Of a DNA stretch of 64,000 bases, positions 1 to 12,149 are shown piece by piece. Location: assembly GCA_951406725.2 (NCBI GenBank), contig OX597815.1:77934001-77998000 (forward strand), given 5' to 3'. Under the pieces are notes generated by a model. The model ran no database searches and was not told the origin of the DNA. It worked only from the letters and a program-made list of their open reading frames with translations. The stretch is from Octopus vulgaris (taxonomy: Eukaryota). A program made the translations under genes and the position numbers. The stretch's first letter is position 1; each line of letters starts with the position of its first letter.

Positions 1-152
1 GATCCAAGTGCTCAACTGGTACTTATTTTAATGACCCTTGCAAGGATGAAAGACAAAGTCAACCTTGATGGAATTTGAACTGAGAATGTGAAGACAAAAT
101 GCCACCAAGCATTTTACCTGTTTTGCTAATGGTTCTACCCGCTTGTCACCTT
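1..152 (-). mobile_element. Partial family-A tRNA-derived SINE (Nin/Deu-domain-like core)
   Basis: Reverse complement matches the head and core (ttcaaattcc..gttgactttgtctttcatcc..aagtaccagttg) of the family-A copies elsewhere in the window. Confidence 0.75.
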
Positions 153-259
153 TTAGCAGCCTATAGTATTCACAGGTAATATTATTACAAAAAATAAATG
201 CTCACCTGGTGGCAGCAGCGATGGTGGTGGTGGGGGGGATTTCAAGGTAAACATGCTTC

Positions 260-800
260 TAGAAAATCAAAGTGGATAATGGAAATGCTTGTATGGATGT
301 AAAGGATCAGTTAATCTACCAATAAATCCATAATGGAAAATTATAGAAAGAAGAAGGGCCTGAGCCTGGCATGGATTGATTTCTAGATAGTGCTCTCTAC
401 ATAAGCACTTTGAAAACATTATCTATGAGTGAAGTAACACCAAAAACAAAGAGTAACCACAAGCATGAAATAAGTAAATCAAAGGCAATTGCACAACTCT
501 AACCAATAGACAAAAAAAATGATAAAATCCTATCAGAAGAGGAATATTCCAAGAGCCTGCCCTTGGCTCTATGTGGATACAAGTATTTCAGGATGACTAT
601 CAAGCATTGTGTATATATGGATGAGCATAAGGTATGTGTTGTAAATGATAAACATTAGCCATTTGCAGCATGGAAACTTGGATTTGAAAAATGTCTCAAA
701 AGAGGAAAATTGATCAATGAATGTTAAATTAGAAAAATAAAGAGAAAATTAGAAGAAAACACAAGACATAAATACTTGGGAATCATTGAACTAACTTAAT
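260..800 (+). mobile_element. Degenerate non-LTR retrotransposon RT fragment (R4/Dong-like)
   Basis: Frameshifted motifs in RT order: PIRRGIFQ (~528-551), HCVYMDE (YMDD-like, ~605-625), M.LGFEKC, HKYLGIIE (~767-790). Confidence 0.6.
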
Positions 801-1126
801 TATGATTATTTCCAATTCCGCATATCCCCCATTTATTTTTTGTATAGATTGTAATTGATTATCAGGACCAGTATACTTCTGTAATTTGTTTCAATAGTCT
901 CATAGAGGTGAAAGTCAAAGTTGTCTGCCACAGAATTTGAACTCAGATCCATGAGACAGCTAACCCTAACTTTTAACCTACTTGCTTTCATTGCACTTCT
1001 AGCTTTCATTGTTGCTGTCTTTCTTTACTTGATTTATATGTTAACTTTTTGTCCCCTCATTTAACATTATCTGACAAGCTGTGCACCTAAGCACTGTATA
1101 CAATAAAGCTCATCATCATCATAATA

Positions 1127-1163
<37 letters not shown>

Positions 1164-1165
<2 letters not shown>

Positions 1166-1328
1166 GGCAGCAATACTGAATGAAATGCTTAGCAGTATTT
1201 TGTTCTTCACTATGTACTGAGTTCAAATTCTGCCAAGGTCGAATTTGCCATTTATCCTTTCTGGATCAATATGTTATCGACTCCATCCCGCCCACAAAAT
1301 TTCAGGCCTTGTGCCTTAAGTAGAAAGG

Positions 1329-1370
<42 letters not shown>

Positions 1371-1590
1371 TTAAGGAAATGAGCTGGCAGAACTGTTAGC
1401 ACACCTGACTAAATGCTTAGTGGTATTTTGTCTGTTGCTATGTTATAATTTCTAATTCCGCCGAGGTCGTCTTTGCCTTTCATCCTTTCAGGGTTGATAA
1501 ATTAAGTACCAGCGAAACACTGGGGTTGATGTAATTGACTTACCCCCTCCCACCAAATGTCAGGCCTTATGCCTTAAGTAGAAGGAATTA
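1164..1590 (+). mobile_element. Two tandem family-A SINEs separated by (ATT)n
   Basis: Heads at 1164 and 1373 (aagg..agctggcagaa); B-box-like gttcaaattc; core gcctttcatcctttc.gggttgataaattaagtaccag; tail aggccttgtgccttaagtagaaagg then (ATT)n. Confidence 0.85.
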
Positions 1591-2399
1591 TTGTTATTGT
1601 TATACCAACCTGCCTGACACTGCTTCTGACTTGATAATACCAGCTTCTTGTTTTAAAGTTAATTCATGTTAATTTATGTTCCAAACACTAGCTTAATGAT
1701 GACAAATTTATTTTACTAAAGTCTTCATTATTTTCAAACTTAAATGGACAAAAGTAGTGTCTCTCAACTGAAATATGCTAACAAAAGGGTTTGGGTGCTA
1801 TAAATTATTTAGTCCCACGTCTCTATTATCATTTGACACATCAAGCAGTCAATTCTTATTAATTGGATATAAATTATCAATCAGATTGTGTTTGATTTAA
1901 CCATGAGCGAGTACATTAATTTTGTTCACTTCTTTTATTATAGCTTAACTCAGTTTACTTAGTGTAAAATTGCTCTGTAATACTGTTTCTGCAATAGAGA
2001 AGAGAAGCATGATCAAAATATATATGAGAACTTTGAAACTATAATATAACTATAACTCTATGTTATAGTGTTGAATTTATGACATGTCAATGAGTCTCTG
2101 ACATGGCTGTAAATCTTAAAGATGTGACTATGGATTTGTGATATGATTATGAATATGTCATAGCTATGAATCTGACATAATTTTATATTTATAACTGTAG
2201 TTCTTTGAGAAGGTTATGGATCTATAAATCTGATGTGACTGTATATCTATGATACATACACTGAATCTATAATGTGATGATGGATCTATGACATAATTAT
2301 AGCTCTATGACATGACTATGACTGTAAAATGGTTATAAATCAATATGAATCTGATGTAATTAAGACTATAAATCTGCGACACTGTAACTCTGAATCTAT

Positions 2400-2580
2400 C
2401 AGGGGTATATATTCCAGGTGTGCTAGGTGTGCATGCACACCCATTAGAAATGGCAAATTCATTATAAATAATAACTTTACTCATTAATTTCATCACAAAT
2501 CTTAATAGAAAACTTTTGTTATACCCCTGCTTGAAATTTGGTGGCAGCGCACCTATTACAACAACCACCATACGCCACTG
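2400..2580. mobile_element. hAT-like MITE
   Basis: Termini caggggtata.../...atacgccactg; 8-bp flanking duplication gaatctat (2392-2399) / gaatttat (2581-2588). Confidence 0.65.
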
Positions 2581-2975
2581 GAATTTATATCACGACTATG
2601 AATCTGTGACAATGAATCTTTATGACTGAATCTATGACAGTATTAATATAAATCCCTGACTTGGTTTTGAATCTTAGATTTGACTATGAATCTATATCAA
2701 GATTTTTAATCAGTGACATGAGTATGATCCATGTGATGATTGTAGATTTATGACATGACTATAAATCTAAGGTTGTGACTGAACTGCAAACCTATGATAG
2801 CATTATTGATCTATGATATGACTTTGAATCTGACATCCCCATAGATCTAGATAATGAATATGAACCTATGATTTAACTATGGATATGGATATGCATGGGT
2901 ATGCAGCTATGATACTTCTATAAATCTATGACATGACTACAGATTTAGACTAAATCCATACTGTAGTTCTAAGTA

Positions 2976-3283
2976 TGTGGTGTGGGAGAACCCTGAACTT
3001 AACTGAAGGTGGACTAACCAGTTACAATAAATAAGAACTGAGTGAACTCTCAGGCAGGCATTGTCGATGGGTGTTAGTTCCACTGTATTGGTTTACCATG
3101 TTAGTTCGATGTGTGTTGGTTTAACAGTTGGTAGTTGAACAATGAATACTGAGTATTGTGCCTACGTTCGAGTAGTACAGAGTGTGTTACGTGTTATCAT
3201 GATTCTGTGATAGGTTATTTTTTGGTAACCAACTATCTGTGTACTACCATTCTATACCAGATGTGTATACCCACACCATAACA
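2976..3283. mobile_element. Probable solo LTR (~308 bp)
   Basis: TG...CA ends with terminal inverted repeat tgtggtgtggg / cccacaccata; interrupts the minisatellite; agtatg occurs at both junctions. Confidence 0.5.
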
Positions 3284-3566
3284 GTATGGACCTATGACAC
3301 AACTATGAATCAATGATATGTACATCTATGCATATCTAAGGCTCAGCAAAAGAGACCAATAAAATAAGTAACAAGCTTTAAGAAAATATATAAGTTCTAA
3401 GTTGATTCATTCAACTAAAGTCCTTCAAGGCAATGCTCCAGCATGGCTGTAGTTTAATGACTTAAACAAGTCATATGTATGTATGTGTGTATGTGTGTAA
3501 GTAGATTTGGTAGATGGAAACTAAAGAAAAACCTGTCATATACATATATTTGTGTGCGTGTTAAGT

Positions 3567-3680
3567 TTTTTATGAGGAAAAGGCTGATAATAGTTTTGAA
3601 GCTTCACTTTTGTCAGACTGTCTGATAGAAGTGAACAAGCTGAAATTTCAAAGTCACTGTCAACCTTTTCCTTGTAAAAG
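3567..3680. repeat. Imperfect palindrome / foldback element
   Basis: gaggaaaaggctgata..tttgaagcttcacttttgtcagac mirrored by gtctgatagaagtgaa..ttcaaagtcactgtcaaccttttcctt, centre ~3619. Confidence 0.6.
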
Positions 3681-3749
3681 TTTAGTAAATATGTATTTTG
3701 TTAAAAGTATTGAGCAATTCTTCAGTTTAACGTTAAATTCTTTATATAT

Positions 3750-4113
3750 ATGTCGTGGCTGATGTCAGTTTCGCATAACTGGCACCTGTGCTGGTGGCAC
3801 ATAAAAAGCACCTTTCGAACGTTGGGCCACATAGAGGCAGTGACAAGTGACCAAGACCTTTGGCGATATACTGTGCTTGAGAAGACCCGTCAAGCCAAGT
3901 GAGATTGTAGCCATGGCTGATGTTGGTGTTGCGTAAATGGTGCCCATGCCAGTGGCACTTAAAAACCACCTACTACACTATTGGAGTGGTTGGCATTAGG
4001 AAGAGCATTCAGCCATAGAAACCATGCTAGATTAGACTGGAATCTGGTACAGTTCCCCAGCTTACTAGTTTTCAGCATGGAAAATGGACGTTAAATGATG
4101 ATTATGATGATGC
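3750..4113 (+). mobile_element. 5'-truncated family-C non-autonomous retroelement (RTE-type tail) with 45-bp flanking direct repeat
   Basis: Tail agcatggaaaatggacgttaaatgatgat; direct repeats 3702-3746 and 4114-4158 (41/45 identical). Confidence 0.75.
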
Positions 4114-4667
4114 TAAAAGTATTGAGTAATTCTTCAATTTTATGTTAAATTCTTTATACACACACATACACAACAGGCTTCTTTCAGTTTATATCCACAA
4201 TGTCACAAGGCTTGGTTAGCTCAAGACCATAGTGGAAGGTACTTGCCCAAAGTGCTACACAATGTTGGAAAGCAAGCTTCTCAACTACAGTCTCTTCTGT
4301 ACCTATAGATATATATTAGGGCTGAGGGCTTCTTTCATTTTCTGTCTCCCAGGTGTAATACTCACAAGATTTTGATTGGCTTTGAACTGTATATATGTGT
4401 TCTTTTATTCTTTTACTTGCTTCAGTCTTTGAATGGGGATCATGCTGGAGCACTGCATTGATGGGTTTTAGTTGAACAAATCAATATACATACACTCATA
4501 TATATATATATATGTATATGACAATTTTTTAGTTTCCACTAACAAGGCTTTTGCTGGCCTGGGCTATAGTAGAAAACACTTGCCCAAGGTGCCACACAGT
4601 GGGACTAAACCCAAAACCAAGTGGTTGTGAAGTAAACTTCTTACCACACAGCCACACCTATATTCTT

Positions 4668-5089
4668 TTCTTTTCTTTTATTTGCTCCAGTCATTTGACT
4701 GCGGCTATACTGGAGCACTGCCTTTAGTCAAACAAATCAACCCCAGGACTTATTCTTTGAAAGCCTTGTACTTATTTGATTAGTTTCTTTTGCCGAACTG
4801 CTAAGTTATGGGGATGTAAACACACCAACATCGGTTGTTAAGCGATGGTGGGGGGGGACAAACACAGACACCCACATAAATCTATAAAAATATATATATA
4901 TTTATTATATATATACTCACACACACGATGGGCTTCTTTCAGTTTCTGTCTACCAAATCAACTTACAAGGTTTTGGTCAACCCAAGGCTATAGTAGAAGA
5001 TGCTTGCCCAAGGTGCCAAGCAGTAAGATTGAACTTGGAACCATGTAGTTGTGAAGCAAGCTTCTTACCACACAGCCACTCCTGCGCCT
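4668..5089 (-). mobile_element. Full-length family-B tRNA-derived SINE with internal microsatellite
   Basis: Head ggcgcaggagtggctgtgtggtaagaagcttgcttc (A-box-like), ggttc B-box-like motif, ccttgggcaag core, internal (TA/TG)n, tail cagtcaaatgactg..aaaag; many homologues in window. Confidence 0.85.
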
Positions 5090-5692
5090 ATATATGTATA
5101 TATATTACTGGCACTCTGTCGGCTATGGTAATGAGTGTTGGAACAGTCTGCTCATGAAATATGCCATGCAAGTGGTAGAGCACTCAAGGATACATGTACC
5201 CTTAATGTAATGTAATTCTTACCGAGATTCAGCTTGACACACAGCATGACAAGGCTGGCCTTTTGAAATACAGGTACAACTCATTTTCTCCTTTTATCTT
5301 TTATATTTTACTTGCTTTTGTCATTCGACTGCAGCCTTGCTGGAGTAACACCTTGGAGAATTTTAGAATAAATTGACCTCAGTACTTCTTTTATTTTTTA
5401 AAATCTGATGCTTATTTTATCAGTCATTTTTGCCTAACTACTAAGTTGCAAGGATGTAAACACACCAACACTGGTTGTCAACCAGTGGTGGGGACAAACA
5501 AGCATACACACACATACACACACACACACACACACACATGATGGGGTTCTTTCAGTTTCCGTCTACCAAATTCCCCCTCAAGGCTTTGGTTGGCCCAAGG
5601 CTAAAGTAGAAGGCACTTGACCTGGAAAGACGTGGTTTGGAAGTGAATTTCTTACTACACAGCACTGCTTATGCCTATAGTCATGCCTGAGT

Positions 5693-5694
<2 letters not shown>

Positions 5695-5778
<84 letters not shown>

Positions 5779-5783
5779 ATCAA

Positions 5784-5818
<35 letters not shown>

Positions 5819-5835
5819 GTATATATATCTATCTA

Positions 5836-5880
<45 letters not shown>
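5695..5880. repeat. (TATC)n/(TA)n microsatellite
   Basis: Directly visible. Confidence 0.95.
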
Positions 5881-6211
5881 GTAGATAGATATACAGATAC
5901 ATTGATATTTTCGTTCATTCATTCAGAAATCTCCTGACACTTAACTTTTATTCTCCCCACTCTCCTCTGTCACCTGCAAAAACACACTGATCTACACATA
6001 AAAACTATCTTTTAACCCCTCCACCTCCCTTTTTCTCTCCCCATCCCCCCATTATCTCATTGATCATTAGCTCACCTCTGATACTATCCCACCATACTTC
6101 AGTAATTCCTGTCCATTGTGCCACTACCTTCTTTCTAGCTGTCATCTCACAGGTTTCCATTGACACACACATACACATAGGATCATACAGTAATACATAT
6201 ACAAATACATG

Positions 6212-6502
6212 CACACGCACTTATGCACGCACATACACCCCATCTCCCTTTCATACACACACACAAACACATTATTACAACTCTGCTTGCTTCTTTCCTT
6301 CTTTGTTCGGTGTTTCCTAACAACTCTCCCTCCTCTTTAGTCCCTAGTGAAGCATACACACGCACTTATGCACGCACATACACCCCATCTCCCTTTCATA
6401 CACACACACACAAACACATTATTACAACTCTGCTTGCTTCTTTCCTTCTTTGTTCGGTGTTTGCTAACAACTCTCCCTCCTCTTAGTCCCTAGTGAAGCA
6501 TA
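6212..6502. repeat. Recent tandem duplication of a ~145-bp unit (2 copies)
   Basis: cacacgcacttatgcacgc...gtccctagtgaagcat occurs twice, differing only in CA-run length and about 2 positions. Confidence 0.9.
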
Positions 6503-6514
6503 AAAAGCACCGCC

Positions 6515-6865
6515 CTCTCTCAGTCACTCTCTCTCTCTCTCTCTCTCTCTTTCTCATTTCCTACTTGTAAGTTGATCTCTCTCACCTTCTCTTTTTACAC
6601 ATTGCCTTCTACTCTCTTGCTTATTCTCTCTCTTTCTCTTTCTCTCTCTAACATTCCTCTCTCTACTCTCTTACTCATTGGCTCTCCTCTCTCTCTCTCC
6701 CTCCCACTTTCTCAAACTCTTTCTCTCTCTTTAGCCCTCTCTTTCTCTCTTCTGTCACCTTCACCCTTTACTCTCTCTCTCTGCTCTATCTATATGTCCC
6801 TCTCTCTCGCTCTCTCTCTCTCTCTCGCTATTCTCTCTCTCTCTCTCTCTCTCTAGCTGTCTCTC
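6515..6865. repeat. (CT)n-rich polypyrimidine tract
   Basis: Directly visible. Confidence 0.9.
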
Positions 6866-8279
6866 ACCAACATCCAGTCTTCTTCCCCTCCCCTGTCCTA
6901 CACTTACTCTTACCTGGTACTATTCAATTTGTTTTTTTGGGGTTTTTTTTTTCCTTAGTTGGGGGAGCAGGGGGGGGGGAATTCTTGAGGGGTATTTTCA
7001 CTCATTCAGCAATCATCAGCAGCACCACTGTCATTAAATGAATAACAACCACAACAACCGCAACCACCACCACTACCTTCACAGCAACCACCACCACAAC
7101 AACAGCAACAACAATACCGTGTGGAAATAGAAGTAGCGCTACTAAATCTCACCTCTATCTCATTTATAAGCCATAGTGGAAGCAGCTGGTCTGGGCTGTC
7201 CTAATCAACACCAGTATCTCTGCACCTGATCTGTCATTTTCTCCACATATATATATATACATAGATATAGATGTATATATGTATTCATCTACATACTTCT
7301 TTGATACATGGATTCGATTGCAGCTTATTTCCATTTTATCCAGCATTATATTCCTTTAAATAATATTCAACATGTGGAAAATAGTAAGATACTTCAAATA
7401 CCTTTTTAATTTATTTTTTTCTTGTCTTCAGGTTTTTTTCTGTCTTTAGATTTTTCCTGTTTTTCTTTGTATTTTTTCTCTTTCTTTTACTCCTGTTTCC
7501 TTCCTTTCTTTTTCCTTTTTTTTATGCATACAACATATCTAAACACATGCATATATATATATATATAAGCACACTTTGAGCATGTGTGTACGTATATATA
7601 TTTATATATGAAAGTGGCTGTGTGAGTGTGTGTGTTTAATATATATATATATATGCACACATACATATACACATACAAACTTACATATTTAGTCTCATCA
7701 CTAAATCAATCACATATTTACAAACCCGAGAACTAACTTATCTCAATATATCTTGTCACTTAGTTAGCAACCGGCTTGATCTCCATGAAAAAGAACTTAA
7801 GCAATCTCAAAGAAAAACAACCCACACACACACACACACACACACACAAACTCACATACATAGACACACATGCATACAAACAAATGATCAGAGTGACATG
7901 AAATTCAGTTTGCTACAACATAACAGTTTAAATAAACGATGTGTATTTGTGTGTGTGAGAGAGAGAGATGAGAAAAAGTATGGGTTATAATAATTATGTA
8001 TGTTATACATATATATAAGCATAGAAAATTTGGGCTTAAAATGATGATAATGATGATGATTGATGATTGTTTAATAATGATACGACATGTTTTATTTGTT
8101 GTATTTTTACAAGATCATGGATACTCACCCATTCTTGGTCCTAGTTGCTTGTGTTTAAAATGTGAACCATCATTGAGATACTGTGTGTATTTGTGTGTAT
8201 GTGTGTAGAGAGAGAGAGTTTAAATATATGGATGTATTTATACACACACACACATACACACATCAATCTTCACCCATTA

Positions 8280-8410
8280 TTCCTGGGTGGGCCATGGGGG
8301 TAGAGTCCTTAGGCACCTTCATAGGGTCCTATCAGCAACAACTGTCAATTCTGTTTTCTGCTGGATTCCTCAACGTGACAAACTGAGACTATGGATATTA
8401 GCCAACCATT
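8280..8410 (-). mobile_element. Short 3' fragment of the RTE-like LINE also present at 17100-17505
   Basis: gggtagagtcct.aggcacct..ctggattcc..aactgaga..atggatatta shared with 17128-17232. Confidence 0.6.
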
Positions 8411-8441
8411 TATCTCTCTCTCTCTCTATATATATATATAA

Positions 8442-8633
8442 GCACAGATGTGACTGTGTGATAAGAAGGTTGTTTCTGAACACCACATGGTTCTGGGTTC
8501 AGTCCCACTGAGTGGCACTTTGGGCAAGTGTCTTTTCCTATAGTCTTGCGCTGACCAAATCCTTTTGAGTGGGTTTAGCAGACGGAAAGTAGAAGAAACC
8601 TTTTGTATATGTATGTCTGTATGTTTGTGTGTG

Positions 8634-8669
<36 letters not shown>

Positions 8670-8915
8670 CATACATGTGTCATTTTGTCTGTGTTTGTCG
8701 TCCTCCAACGGCTGCTTGACAACTGTTGTTGGTGTGCTTTATGTCCCTGTAACTTGGTGGCTCAGCGAAAGTGACTGCTAGAATAAGTACCAAACTTAAG
8801 AAAAAGAAAACAGAAAAAAATAAGAGCTAGGGTTGATTCATTTGACTAGAAATTCTATAAGGCAGTGCCCCAGCATGGCCACAGTCTAATGACTGAAACA
8901 AGTAAAAGATAAAAG
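8442..8915 (+). mobile_element. Family-B SINE
   Basis: Same head, core, microsatellite and tail as 4668-5089. Confidence 0.85.
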
Positions 8916-9249
8916 ATTAAATATATGGGTGTGTGTGTGTGTGTACGTATGTCTATGTATGTATATATTTGTTTGTGTGTGTGTATGCCCACCATATAGA
9001 CAGTCTCCACGGCATTTTTACAGCAGTTGCTCCTTTTATTTTGATTTCAGTTTCTCGTTTCTTTGTTTTTCCCACTCTCTGTCTACTCTACGAACTATTC
9101 CAAGGGACAATGTCTGAAACATGATTTTAATTAACTAATTCCATTTCCCTCAATATCAAACTAATAGTAAATGTGAACTTATTTTGTCTTGCTACTGTTT
9201 TTTTCTTACTTTCTCTCTTCAATATATATATGTATGTGTAATGTGTGTG

Positions 9250-9280
<31 letters not shown>

Positions 9281-9570
9281 ATCCATGCCAGCATGAAACG
9301 TGGATGTTAAAAGATGGTAATGATGATGAAAATGTGTGTGTTTATATATAATTACTGCTATTTTTTTTATTAAGCAAAATACTCACAGGTGTTTATGGTT
9401 GTTTTTAAAGGTGCTTTCATGTTTTAATCAACTTTGTTATTTTCTTTCTGGAAATTATTTTGGAAATGTTTGTGATATATATAGTGAAGATGGTGATAAT
9501 AGTATGCATATAGACATATGTATGTGCGTATGTGTTTATATATACATATATATAGATATACATATATATA

Positions 9571-10852
9571 TTGGGTCATCCCATAAATGATGCAGTTTTC
9601 TTTTATTTTTCAAAATTAAGATAAACAAAGTTTATTTTTAATCTGAAATATCCTCTTCTTCATTTTCTACAATGTTCTTCCATCTATCTGGTAGACTTGC
9701 AAGGCCCCTCTTCCAAAATTCATTTGTCCGTGACGAAAAATACTCCTCCAGTACTGTTCTCGCCTTGTTTACAGAATTCATATTTTTTCCATCCAAATGA
9801 TTTTGAAGACTGCGGAATAAATGATAATTAGATGGGACAATGTCCGGTGAATATGGTGGGTGGGGTATCATTCCCATTCAAACTGCTCCAGCCTTTGGAA
9901 TGTCATCCTTGTTGTATGAGGCCAAACATTATCGTGATGGAAGAACATCTTTTTGTCTTGAAACCAAAGATGGTCATTTTACTTCTAGTGCTGTCTTAAG
10001 CTGCTCGAGCTGCTTGTAGTAGATCTCCTTTGTTATCATTTGGTTTGGGTTTAAAAGTTCAAAGTGGACTAAACCTTTCATATCCCACCAAACAGATAAC
10101 ACCTTATATGGGTGAAGACCGTCTTTAGCCTGGGATGCCAGTGTTTCTCCTTTCCCTACCCACTGTCTTCGGCACTTGACATTTTTATAGAGAACCCATT
10201 TCTTGCCACCAGTCACTGTTCAGTCAAAAAAGATTCATTCATGTGACATGACAGCAAATAAGAGAACACATTCACTCTCTGCGCACGATTAGACTCAGAA
10301 AATTTGTGAGAAACCCATTGACCCAGTTTGCTGACTTTCCTGATTGCACACAGGTTTCAATGAATGGTTGTATGACCAAATCCAAGCTTCTCTGCTAGTT
10401 CCTCAACAGTTACAATGGCATTTTGCTCCACCAGAGTTTACAGGATGTCCTCGTTGAGCTCTACAGATCTTCCAGGACATATCTTATCTTCTAGGCTGTA
10501 GTTTCCAGCTCGGAATTTCTAGAACCACCATTGACACTGGCCTATGCTTATTATCCAATCCCCATATACTGCATTTAATATTCCTCTCACTTTCCGTTGT
10601 ATTGTTGCCTTTATTAAACTCAGTAACCAAAATATGCTGAATGTGCTCCTTTGTCACTTCCATTATAACTTTGAAAAAAAAACTGTTAAAATCAAACTGC
10701 ACTCTTGAAAACTTGCACTAAGAATAAGCACAAGGTAAAAGTACTACCTGCTTTTATAGCCAGTTGATGCGAGTAGTTTATCCTTTTATCCTGTCCCCTT
10801 CCAACTTATAGTTCATGCAATTGTAAAAACCGCATTATTTATGGGATGACCC

Positions 10853-10854
<2 letters not shown>
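9571..10854 (-). mobile_element. Full-length (1284 bp) mariner DNA transposon with pseudogenised DD34D transposase
   Basis: TIRs ttgggtcatcccataaatgatgcagtttt / aaaaccgcattatttatgggatgacccta in TA context; motifs VTG(D)(E)KWV-like (TGGKKWV), WWDMKGLVHFELL, HPPYSPDIVPSNYHLFRSLQNHL; broken by frameshifts. Confidence 0.95.
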
Positions 10855-10887
<33 letters not shown>

Positions 10888-12149
10888 ACATATATATATA
10901 TGGGTATAGATATTTGTGTAAATACAATTTTGCATATACGTGTGTAGTAGTAGTAGTAATGAACATAATTGTAATCTATGTAGGATCCACAGAAGGCTCA
11001 TGTATACATTACAATAAACATAAACGTTAGGAGTTACATTTCATGTATGGCTGGCCTAAATTTTATAAAAATGGGAGGAGATACAGAAACATTAAAGGAC
11101 AGTCAGGATAAAAAATTAATAAAACATGAAATATGTGCGAAAATACCATAGAAACATACTCAATAATTGAAACAAAATGTAATAGTAGTAAAAACATATA
11201 AAGCATTTACAGTTACCCACTTAGACATAGCTTTTGTTGTCAGGGGTGTGTAACAGCTGGATTCAGTGTGACCCCATTTAACCACATGAACCAATGTTCA
11301 TTTCATCTAACCACATATCTAAACCACAGGTCATTCTTGGTTATTTCAGTACCCACCATATATTTATAACTGTGTCATAAAGATGATGAGGAATCAAGGG
11401 TCAGCATCGTTTTCAATGTCTTTAACTGTGACTTCATATTTTGTCAACCTAAGTGTTACAGTTACATTGTATAGGTATGTGTGTGATGTACCACCTCAGC
11501 CCACTTCTTCTCCCTGTTCTCAGTTTTAGAGTCAAGTACATGGTCCTGTAGCTCTTCTCTTGACATGTGAATGAAATATCACCCTACAAGTCTCTTAGAG
11601 CTAGAGAGGGATCCCACTCCAGTTTTTTGTATATGTTTTTCTTTTTTTCACTTTTTCAAAAACCAAGAGTCTAATTAGAAGAGCAACGCCCATGGACATT
11701 TTCAGGGCTCCTGAGAGTGAGGATGGGAGCGAGGAAGAGATCCACAAACCAAAGCATTCAAGTCAAACCAAAAGCTTGATTCAAAAAGTACCCAAGGTTC
11801 AGGCGGTGATGTTAAACCAGGCAACAGGTTAAGTCTGCCACTCATGTAGGCCGCCATAGTATTTGAACCCAGAATGCACAAAACCAGAACTTATACTTCA
11901 AGGTATTTTGTCTAATGCTCTAACAATTTTGCCAGTCCACCACCTTAGACTAGCATTTTATGTATTAACCTTGGAAGAAAGAAAAGAAAACTTGATTTTA
12001 ACAGGATTTAAACTCAAAATTCCAAGAGTTGGTATAAATATCACAAGACATTTTGTCTAATGTTTTAATGCTTCTGTCAATCCACCATACAACTAAATTT
12101 CAAAAGGGTACTTGATTATGTCCCTCATTCTTGGATACTTACATTATTG

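Larger units (their letters stand above)
2030..3330. repeat. Highly degenerate ~20-bp minisatellite (ctatgaatctatgacatga-like) interrupted by two insertions
   Basis: Recurrent ctat(g/a)(a/g)atct(a/g)tga(c/t)atga units from ~2030 to 2970, resuming after 3283. Confidence 0.7.

Noticed and set aside
5671-5937. YI/IY-repeat ORF and similar poly-Y/I/L/H/T/GWL ORFs (29387-29756, 33068-33425, 53819-54184, 61797-62711)
   Set aside because: Translations of microsatellites; no coding signal
6860-7150. Promoter or first exon next to the CT tract (minus-strand donor-like CAG|gtaaga near 6915)
   Set aside because: Single splice-like motif without a supporting partner exon
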